A stretch of 40,705 nucleotides of DNA from a virus: the IMG/VR virus record IMGVR_UViG_3300034354_000165; one strand, written 5' to 3'. The position numbers and the translations under genes are program-made. Numbering within the stretch: the first letter of the stretch is position 1; every line of letters begins with the position of its first letter. This document shows, piece by piece, positions 1 to 6,832 of the stretch. The notes below the pieces were generated by a model that did not search any database, was not told the DNA's origin, and saw nothing but the letters and a program-made list of their open reading frames with translations.

Positions 1-127
1 TCATCAAACTGCTTTTGCATTTTATCGAGTTCAGATTCTTTAACTTTTGGTTTCTTAACTGTCATAATCTCCTAATTAGGTGAAATATTAATAAAGCTTC
101 CCTGAATGTATGTTGTATTATTATTAC
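1..127. repeat. Terminal overlap copy 1, identical to 40579..40705 (circular-contig signature)
   Basis: Read directly: nt 1-127 (tcatcaaactgc...ttattattac) recur exactly at 40579-40705. Unit genome is 40578 bp. Confidence 0.95.
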
Positions 128-491
128 GGCCCATGTTTATTGGACCGGAATTGATATCTCCTATTGCTAGGATTTGAGCTTTTGTTCGTGCTGTAGCATT
201 GATGAAAGCGTCCATCCCCTTGGAGTCGATATCCAAAGTGACTTGTGTTGATGATGGAATTGCTATCACATATCCTTGTCTCTCATTGAGAGTGCGAGTA
301 CCGAACTGAGGTGGAATGATGAGTCTAACTAACTGACCCAGTACATAATTCATATCCTCTGTTGTCGTGATGGTCGTCGTATCCCCTAAGGAGATTGATG
401 AAATCACAAATCTATTTGGCTGATAAAAATCTGCCTGTATTGGAACGTTTGCATAAGCCGGTATCGGAAAACTTAATATAGTATTACTCAT
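72..491 (-). CDS. Virion structural protein (139 aa), function unknown
   Basis: ATG at 491 overlaps the upstream HNH stop by 8 nt. Lies in the late operon between the capsid block and the tail block. Carries a TTTITTT...LGQLVRL motif related to modules in neighbouring structural proteins. Confidence 0.5.
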   Translation of the reverse strand: MSNTILSFPIPAYANVPIQADFYQPNRFVISSISLGDTTTITTTEDMNYVLGQLVRLIIPPQFGTRTLNERQGYVIAIPSSTQVTLDIDSKGMDAFINATARTKAQILAIGDINSGPINMGRNNNTTYIQGSFINISPN

Positions 492-1017
492 TTTTAGTTT
501 TCGTTATTTTGTATCCATGTTTTTTTAAAAGCTCTACTGCCCAATCAATATGATCTTCTACTCTTTGACCAGGGGGATGCCTATTGCTCCAAAGCTCTAG
601 ATTTTCAATTCTATTGTCATCTTTTATTCCATTTTTATGATGGACAGTTTCTCCCTTTTCTAGTCTTCTTCCTAGGAATTCACTCATGACTAGAACATGT
701 TCCATAATAAGATTATCTTTTCTTGTTAAGTAAGGATTTCCTTTTTTATTGAGAACTCTATAGCCTTTTTTATCTAAATATCCTTTGCCTCTATATCTTA
801 GTTTTGGAAGATCTAAATCCCACCCCTTTTTTTGCCTACGCTTTAATCTGCTGTTGTATAATTGTCTTTGATAAACTTCTGCATTGCTTATTCGCGCATC
901 TCTTTGTCTTTTATTTGCACATGATTTACATAAAGGATTATGTCCATCTTTTGATTTCTTAGATTTAGGAAAAAATTCATACTTTTTTTCACATTTACAT
1001 TTGTTGCACTTCTTCAT
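484..1017 (-). CDS. HNH homing endonuclease (free-standing, in the structural module)
   Basis: HNH motif HHKNGIKDDNRIENLELW...RH. N-terminal CxxC...CxxC zinc-finger-like segment. The ORF extends to 1050, but the ATG at 1017 (MKKCNKCK) has an AAGGA RBS. Confidence 0.75.
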   Translation of the reverse strand: MKKCNKCKCEKKYEFFPKSKKSKDGHNPLCKSCANKRQRDARISNAEVYQRQLYNSRLKRRQKKGWDLDLPKLRYRGKGYLDKKGYRVLNKKGNPYLTRKDNLIMEHVLVMSEFLGRRLEKGETVHHKNGIKDDNRIENLELWSNRHPPGQRVEDHIDWAVELLKKHGYKITKTKNE

Positions 1018-1061
1018 AAACCATCCTTTATAAGGAGGATAGGTTAACACATTTCAATTTA

Positions 1062-1090
1062 ATGGAGGGGACATTTTAAGCCCCCTCCAT
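1062..1090 (-). terminator. GC-rich hairpin after the capsid/384-aa gene pair (possible terminator or mRNA stabiliser)
   Basis: atggagggg (1062-1070) pairs with cccctccat (1082-1090), a 9-bp stem. AT-rich sequence follows on the minus strand, but with no clean U-run. Confidence 0.35.
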
Positions 1091-1101
1091 CCCTTTGTTA
1101 T

Positions 1102-2256
1102 CTATTGTGGAATAGACAGATCGTGAAGGTAAGCCCTCCAATAGATCACATCTTCTGCAGCTCCAATGAGGATAGCAGAAGCATCACCCTGAGCAGCGCC
1201 TGCTCCAATGATGAAACCTTGAGATGTGTTATTGAAGTAAGCACCTTGGATCGCAGGTCCGTTAATTGTATTAACGGTTGTGTTTCCAATTGGCCGTGTA
1301 AACGGAGGTGGATAAAGAGCTGATCCGCTCGATATCTGAACTCCACCTGTATTCACATCACCTACAGCTACAATCTGTGGATAAGAAAGTCCGGAGACGT
1401 TCGCCACAGGGATGTTGCTATTGTAAGCTGTGTAGCCAGTAGAATTGATATTCACTACAACAGTGTTATAATCCGTTACAGCAATTACATAACCGTACTG
1501 CGGAGAGCCCGGAGTTAAGCTATTTGGTAACGAATTGTATCTTGAATCACCCCAAGCAGTCGGAGAAACTCCCTGAACTTGTGGCATTCTGATTGCAACT
1601 TCTTGACCAACAACAAAGTTGTGAGCAGAAGTTGTATCGATTGTTGTAGTACTTCCAGTCGTAATAGCAGTAATGATATTTACGCCCGGTGCATACAGAT
1701 AAGGATATAATACCTGTTTGAAGGTAGCATCCACTGTAGCCGTAGCAGTATCATAAGCTGTATAATTCGACTGGTTTGTATTCCATGCGATTGTGAAAGT
1801 AGTCGCACCTGTAACAGTTACAGTAAACGGAATACCATCAATTTGTGGCATACCAGTTGTAGCTGTCTGATACAAGTTTTGGAATACGACTACGTCTCCA
1901 CTTTTTAGTCCGTGTGCAGCAGTAGCGGTCACAACGGCAGGATCTGCCTTTGTAATCGTTGATACGCTTTGAGTTGCTCCAAATTGAAGCATTTGACCAG
2001 CAGTAAACGTGCTGATACCCAAAGTATCTACTGTGTCTGTGGTTAACTGGTTGGCCGCTTGGAAGCGATCAATTACAGCAACACCCTGACCCATTAAAGC
2101 ATCCCAATGTGCATTAGGAACGCCATTGTCTGCACCAGAAGCTGAAGCAGTATAGTTGATAAATTCCACATAATCAGGAACGAATGGCAGATTAATGATC
2201 TGCGATGCGCCTGTTGATACGAATCTACCTTTTGCCATTCTTGAATATTCAGTCAT
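1102..2256 (-). CDS. Capsid-associated protein (384 aa), possibly a decoration or head-fibre protein
   Basis: Immediately downstream of the capsid gene (1-nt gap). Two copies of a VVTATAAHGLKSGDVVVF / TIDTTSAHNFVVGQEVAI module. Function inferred from position only. Confidence 0.45.
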   Translation of the reverse strand: MTEYSRMAKGRFVSTGASQIINLPFVPDYVEFINYTASASGADNGVPNAHWDALMGQGVAVIDRFQAANQLTTDTVDTLGISTFTAGQMLQFGATQSVSTITKADPAVVTATAAHGLKSGDVVVFQNLYQTATTGMPQIDGIPFTVTVTGATTFTIAWNTNQSNYTAYDTATATVDATFKQVLYPYLYAPGVNIITAITTGSTTTIDTTSAHNFVVGQEVAIRMPQVQGVSPTAWGDSRYNSLPNSLTPGSPQYGYVIAVTDYNTVVVNINSTGYTAYNSNIPVANVSGLSYPQIVAVGDVNTGGVQISSGSALYPPPFTRPIGNTTVNTINGPAIQGAYFNNTSQGFIIGAGAAQGDASAILIGAAEDVIYWRAYLHDLSIPQ

Positions 2257-2257
2257 G

Positions 2258-3229
2258 TTACACCCCCAAACTCGAAGAACGAGTACTTAAAAGGTTACGA
2301 ATGGCTGTATCTTGAGTGATCGCTTGCGCTTGAGCGAATTTAACCGCTAAAGTCGCGTTTTGTGCGAGCATTCCAGAATAGTAAGGATCTCTATAAATCA
2401 GGTTCATGCTATAGCCGTCCTGATTAATGTGTGTGATCGCTTGTTTACCGAGAACGGTATTGTAATATACGTCGCTTCCTAAATCGGATGCTCCGCGAGC
2501 AACAGGAGCTTCTGAGCTAGTCAGAATTCTGATGTTGAACACGTTACCATATTCAGAAGGAAGAGCTGATGCATTAGTAGGATAGTTCCATTGAGAAAGG
2601 AATCCAGAGCCTTGTAATCCATCAAAGTCAGCCTGAAGTTCTGTAGAAGAAAGCATAAAATAGCTACTTCTTACAGGACCTGTCCCGAAACGGTCCATAC
2701 CCTCGATTCCGCTCATAAATTTATAAGCGTTATTTGTATCAAGAGTTGCAGCCACGAGAGAAAAGTCGGTGATACCCAAATTCGTTGGATTGTCTCCATT
2801 TGAGCCTCCACCTGCATTAATTTGGCTAGCAGCAGATACAATGTAGTCTCTAAGGATTAGATCCTCAGCTTGTCTCATTGCAACTGCAAGACGTTCAGAA
2901 ACCCAAGCAAGGACTCCTTCTTGGTCTTGTAGAATTACTTGTTCGTTGATAATGCAACCAGTACCAAAGAAAGCCATTTGTGCATCAATGATGTCACGTT
3001 GTGGCACTTGAGCTGGAGGATCAATACCAGAGTTACCCAACTGTATGGTGGGCGGTGTAAGCGCTCTTGGGCGCATAAAACGGCATGTAGTCCCGCCATT
3101 TGCAGGCATAGAGACTTTATCACAGACCGTAATGTAGTTCATTGTGGGAGTAGGCACATAGAGCATCGCAGGCGCAAGCGACTGCAAAATCATCGGGCCC
3201 AAATTCCCAGTATTCGTAATACCAGACAC
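2258..3229 (-). CDS. Major capsid protein (HK97 fold, N4-gp56/P22-like class)
   Basis: 323 aa with a GTG start preceded by an AAGGGG RBS. Position after portal and scaffold. Sequence pattern (TTCRFMRPRAL..., AQMAFFGTGCIINEQV, C-terminal YY...L) resembles podovirus HK97-type capsid families from memory. Confidence 0.7.
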   Translation of the reverse strand: MSGITNTGNLGPMILQSLAPAMLYVPTPTMNYITVCDKVSMPANGGTTCRFMRPRALTPPTIQLGNSGIDPPAQVPQRDIIDAQMAFFGTGCIINEQVILQDQEGVLAWVSERLAVAMRQAEDLILRDYIVSAASQINAGGGSNGDNPTNLGITDFSLVAATLDTNNAYKFMSGIEGMDRFGTGPVRSSYFMLSSTELQADFDGLQGSGFLSQWNYPTNASALPSEYGNVFNIRILTSSEAPVARGASDLGSDVYYNTVLGKQAITHINQDGYSMNLIYRDPYYSGMLAQNATLAVKFAQAQAITQDTAIRNLLSTRSSSLGV

Positions 3230-3483
3230 GACAACCCCTTAGGTTGAAATGTTTAAGCACAAAGCAGCTTAAGTCCAGCTAACCGGAAATTCCGGATAGC
3301 TCGAATCCATTCACTTGCTTTATACATTACGATATGATGATCGGTTGACGAGCCTACTTACATCTGTTCTCGATCATATCTGGTTTGGGTTGCGAAGCCC
3401 TTACGCGACCGTCCTTTACGCAGGACTAGCGAGAAGCTTCAACATATCAAAATATTTAATATGTAAAAAGTGGCATTTGTTCT

Positions 3484-4653
3484 TTAAGGCGCGATGTTTG
3501 TGAAGTACGGAATATAGGCAGTTGTTCCATTTACAATGGTCCTGATAAATCCTGCATTATCTCCAGGATTGGCTGTTGTGGACTTCACAGATAATGTACC
3601 TGAACTTAAGGAAGTATTGATATCAGGAGTTAGTGTAGTTCCTGATAATGTTAGAGTTCCGGCAAAGCTTGTATTGCCTATGAATGAGAGGCCTGAATAA
3701 GTAAGCGTGCCGGCACCAGCTCCAGTAATTGCAGGGTTATTTGTAGATTTTATAACCACATTTGAAAGAGAAACAGTTCCAGAGGAACTCATTGTGATAG
3801 CTGGAGCAGCCCCAGTAACAAAACTGTCATTATAGAATGCAGCAGTCGAATTTCCATTGAAGGTGAAGGTGCCAAAATACTGGTTATTGGTTGAAACTAT
3901 GTTGGCTCCAGAAGCACAATCAACCGGACAATTGATTGTCATGCCAGGACCGAAAAAAGTAGGACCACTAATTATCATTGGATTAGCGCTACCATTTCCA
4001 ACGCCTGCAGCAAAAATTGCCACAGTTGCAGCCCCGATATTATTTATAAAGCCATCATTGGTTCCAAAAGGCCCTATATTAAAAGCAGCAATCGAACCTG
4101 GGGATTGCCAATTAGGGAGGTTAAAGGTGTATCCGTTTGTGACATTTACACTGCAATCTTCCATGATAATTGCTGTGGTTCCAGCAGCATTAGAGCTGAA
4201 GATGTGCGTAGCTGATTGGAATGTAAGTCTGTCAATATTCAAAGTGCCGGAAGTTGGTGGCGTGTGGATACCGACAATTGTAACACTTTGCTCTGATGGT
4301 CCAGAGATTTGTATATCCGAATAAAACGTAAGATTTTCAGTGTATGTTCCTGGTTGGACCCATATCATTCCGCCGCCATCTGCATTAGCAGCATCCAGAG
4401 CTGATTGAATAGTCTGATACCCTGCTTGACCCGATGGTCCTACGACGTACGGAGTAACAGGGAATCCTTCATTAAATGCTGTAGATACCCATGAGGATCC
4501 GTTATAAATGGACAAATCAGGAGGGGTGACAGATGTATCAAAGTACATCTGTCCTAATTTCCCTTTGAACCTGGAAGGTGGAGGATTGGGTTCCGAAAGA
4601 GCAGCTGGTGCTACTGCGGAATAACCACCTACAGCATAAACATCATTTGGCAT
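3484..4653 (-). CDS. Tailspike-like right-handed beta-helix protein (389 aa)
   Basis: The N-terminus is about 50% identical over about 49 aa to the N-terminus of the 870-aa fibre. The IQSALDAA...VQPGTYTENLTF motif is typical of pectate-lyase-fold spikes and is shared with the 499-aa ORF (IRPGTYTENLTL). Confidence 0.6.
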   Translation of the reverse strand: MPNDVYAVGGYSAVAPAALSEPNPPPSRFKGKLGQMYFDTSVTPPDLSIYNGSSWVSTAFNEGFPVTPYVVGPSGQAGYQTIQSALDAANADGGGMIWVQPGTYTENLTFYSDIQISGPSEQSVTIVGIHTPPTSGTLNIDRLTFQSATHIFSSNAAGTTAIIMEDCSVNVTNGYTFNLPNWQSPGSIAAFNIGPFGTNDGFINNIGAATVAIFAAGVGNGSANPMIISGPTFFGPGMTINCPVDCASGANIVSTNNQYFGTFTFNGNSTAAFYNDSFVTGAAPAITMSSSGTVSLSNVVIKSTNNPAITGAGAGTLTYSGLSFIGNTSFAGTLTLSGTTLTPDINTSLSSGTLSVKSTTANPGDNAGFIRTIVNGTTAYIPYFTNIAP

Positions 4654-4655
4654 GA

Positions 4656-5324
4656 TTAAATCCTTAGCCTATTTTGTAGTTCTTTCATTTTGTCGAAGGC
4701 ATTTTTCTGTCCAACAGGACTAAAATCACCTGCGCCTGCATAGGGAGCTGCAGCAACACCCGATGGTTGGTAATATGGACTTCTTCTATTGGCATCCACC
4801 TTCTCTTGAATTGATGGTTCTTTTCTTTCAGGCATATGAAGCCCAAAAGCTTTAACATTCTTATAAACAAGCTTTTGCCTTTCGAAGTTATTTGGCATCT
4901 CTAAGATAGTTTCGGCAAGCTCTGGATCCTTTTGAGCCAATTTCTCGGCGTGCTGAAGAACATCATAAAAATCAGGATTGTTCTTTAGCCAATTCTGCTT
5001 TCTTTCTTCACCAAGTGCAGTTTGTACAGCTCTTTGGATTTCAGATTGCGTCTCTTGCTTGATTTGCTGACCGAATTTAGCCTGCTCCTTCTTTAATCTT
5101 TTTCGATCAATGTAAGGCTCATCATCCTGTTCTTCATCATCATCCGATCTTGATGACCTTCTTTTAAGCTCCTCTAACTCGGATGCTAATTGTTCTTTTT
5201 CTTGTACGATTCTTTCCTTTTCTGCCTTTTCTTCTTGCAGTCTTTTTTCTATTTGTCTGAAGTTAAATTCTTTATCGTTAGCTTTCGCTTCTGGTGCAAC
5301 ACTACTTTGGACTTCAACTGTCAT
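4656..5324 (-). CDS. Scaffolding protein
   Basis: 222 aa, highly charged E/K/Q-rich coiled-coil sequence located between portal and capsid. Confidence 0.55.
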   Translation of the reverse strand: MTVEVQSSVAPEAKANDKEFNFRQIEKRLQEEKAEKERIVQEKEQLASELEELKRRSSRSDDDEEQDDEPYIDRKRLKKEQAKFGQQIKQETQSEIQRAVQTALGEERKQNWLKNNPDFYDVLQHAEKLAQKDPELAETILEMPNNFERQKLVYKNVKAFGLHMPERKEPSIQEKVDANRRSPYYQPSGVAAAPYAGAGDFSPVGQKNAFDKMKELQNRLRI

Positions 5325-5344
5325 ACTAAAATACCTTTGGTTGG

Positions 5345-5373
5345 TTTACATGAATTAAACTAAAAATTATGAT
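5345..5373 (+). promoter_or_regulatory. Sigma70-like promoter TTTACA-17-TATGAT for the plus-strand moron
   Basis: -35 tttaca at 5345-5350, a 17-nt spacer, and -10 tatgat at 5368-5373. A GTGAGG RBS sits before the ATG at 5396. Confidence 0.5.
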
Positions 5374-5395
5374 ACAAATCAAGTGAGGTTACTTA

Positions 5396-5896
5396 ATGAA
5401 AATTAGTCGATTAGAAACGCACGATAGACTTGAGCATTTCATAAAAGATCAGTCTCAAAACATCTGGCTTGGCGCCGATGAATGTCTTAAAAAAAATCCC
5501 GATTCTTTGAAATTACAAGAAAAATCTCCCTACATATACATTTTCGCTCATCCAAGAACTGCTGACGATGGCGTATCTAAACGCCTGCTGTGGCAACCAA
5601 GACTTACTAAACCCAAAGCTCAAACCAATTCCTATCTCTTTAGAGCTGAATCTCACACCGATAACATTGAGATTTGCTGGTTACTTCCGCCTAGAGAAAT
5701 GTGGGATCAGTACAAGGAGGGCAAAGTTTGCGAATCTAATTGGGCGCAATGGAGCATCTATCAATTTCAATACAAAAGAGAAGAACTTGAAAAACCATTT
5801 CCTGATGATTTATCTGAACAACAGGTGAAAAATATTTGGTTGGAAATTCTTACAGTTAAGCCAAAGAACGAGGCGGCTTCTTTAGTTTTGACTTAG
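5396..5896 (+). CDS. Hypothetical protein (166 aa), opposite-strand moron inside the head module
   Basis: Clean ORF with its own promoter and RBS, and no family recognised. Convergent with the late genes. Confidence 0.5.
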   Translation: MKISRLETHDRLEHFIKDQSQNIWLGADECLKKNPDSLKLQEKSPYIYIFAHPRTADDGVSKRLLWQPRLTKPKAQTNSYLFRAESHTDNIEICWLLPPREMWDQYKEGKVCESNWAQWSIYQFQYKREELEKPFPDDLSEQQVKNIWLEILTVKPKNEAASLVLT

Positions 5897-6029
5897 AAAC
5901 TACCTGCATACCTAAACCATCTCTCATTTTTCCGATAGGGGCTTTAACGCCTGTGCCATAATAATCTCCCATTCCTTTAGGAGACTTAGGAGTATGAGCT
6001 ATCTTACGATTAGTCTTTTTTGCATTCAT
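5856..6029 (-). CDS. Small ORF (57 aa) not in the supplied track; G-D-Y-Y-G-T-G-V-K-A-P-I-G motif
   Basis: Translated by hand: MNAKKTNRKIAHTPKSPKGMGDYYGTGVKAPIGKMRDGLGMQVVSKSKLKKPPRSLA. Shares the motif G-x-[YH]-Y-G-x-G-x-K-x-P-[IV]-G with the next gene. Weak RBS. Overlaps the 3' end of the plus-strand ORF by 41 nt. Confidence 0.3.
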   Translation of the reverse strand: MNAKKTNRKIAHTPKSPKGMGDYYGTGVKAPIGKMRDGLGMQVVSKSKLKKPPRSLA

Positions 6030-6116
6030 GAAGAAAACCGCACCATATAATTTTACCTAAAAAGCCAATCTTCTCTTTGCATTTGGTGCATTTGAAGAGA
6101 ACAGACCAATCGATCT

Positions 6117-6380
6117 TCATTCGATGTATTCCTGATCAAGCATTTTAGGTGGAGCATATGCTACATCCATAGTCTTCACTCTACCAAAAGGAAGAGTTGC
6201 AGCTGTTTGCTTTGGATTTCCTTCATGACCAACAGGCTGCTTATGACCAATACCATAATGAGATCCTGCGTCCACATAACAACTAGTACGCTCATCATAA
6301 GGAGGACATCTAAAGTCCCAAGGTGATTTTTTAGTTTTGCCTTGTTTACGGGCAATTGGATCATTGAAACCAGTTTTCAT
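6117..6380 (-). CDS. Small virion-module protein (87 aa)
   Basis: The ORF extends to 6452, but the ATG at 6380 (MKTGFNDP) follows an AAGAGG RBS and lies directly after a terminator hairpin. Contains GSHYGIGHKQPVG. Confidence 0.45.
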   Translation of the reverse strand: MKTGFNDPIARKQGKTKKSPWDFRCPPYDERTSCYVDAGSHYGIGHKQPVGHEGNPKQTAATLPFGRVKTMDVAYAPPKMLDQEYIE

Positions 6381-6390
6381 ACTACCTCTT

Positions 6391-6422
6391 AAAAATGAGC
6401 GTAGGGTTAGGGCCCTACGCTC
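6391..6422 (-). terminator. Intrinsic terminator or attenuator between two small post-portal genes
   Basis: 10-bp stem, gagcgtaggg (6397-6406) pairing with ccctacgctc (6413-6422). On the minus strand it is followed by ATTTTT (plus-strand aaaaa at 6391-6395), then the RBS and ATG. Confidence 0.55.
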
Positions 6423-6528
6423 CGGAAAAACAAATGAAAAAATACCCACCATGCTGAAACACGGTTAGCCTGGGCGAGGCTTTTAATAGAGACATGACCT
6501 AAGGAGCAAGTCTATCTCTATTGAAACT

Positions 6529-6750
6529 TTAGTAACGATATCCAGGCTGTTTCATTGGTTTGGATTTCAGCTGTTTTACGCTTTCAACTTGAGTAGCTTT
6601 AATAGCTTCAGTTGTATCTTCGTATTTCATCACTGATCCCGCACCTTCAGCAGAAGATTCGTTCTTTACTTTTGCGCCCATAGGAAATACTGAACCGTTA
6701 GATCCTTTTCCTACCCAGCTTGAATGATCATTAATTTTACGCCCTGCCAT
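6529..6750 (-). CDS. Small protein (73 aa) downstream of portal
   Basis: The ORF extends to 6801. The ATG at 6750 (MAGRKINDH) is preceded by a GGGGGGAG RBS. No family recognised. Confidence 0.45.
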   Translation of the reverse strand: MAGRKINDHSSWVGKGSNGSVFPMGAKVKNESSAEGAGSVMKYEDTTEAIKATQVESVKQLKSKPMKQPGYRY

Positions 6751-6832
6751 AACTCCCCCCGAGGAATATGTATAAATTATCGAATTAGCTACATTATACA
6801 ATTTTTAATTTGATTCTCAAGGGCACTTTTCT

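Noticed and set aside
1-127. 127-bp repeat as a genuine physical direct terminal repeat
   Set aside because: The repeat is exact and its length equals a standard maximum assembler k-mer. Its boundaries fall mid-gene with no terminase-site features. It is treated as a circularisation artefact unless read-terminus data say otherwise.
2935-3247. 62-aa minus-strand and 102-aa plus-strand ORFs within the capsid gene; similar nested ORFs at 1105..1346, 3857..4324, 25001..25750, 26526..27026 and 35112..37833
   Set aside because: All lie inside longer, better-supported structural genes and lack start signals. They are typical alternative-frame noise.
3295-3320. tRNA-like TCGAATCC string (and GGGTTGCGAAGCCC at about 3387-3400)
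   Set aside because: I could not build flanking acceptor, D and anticodon stems on either strand. There is no cloverleaf, so no tRNA is called.
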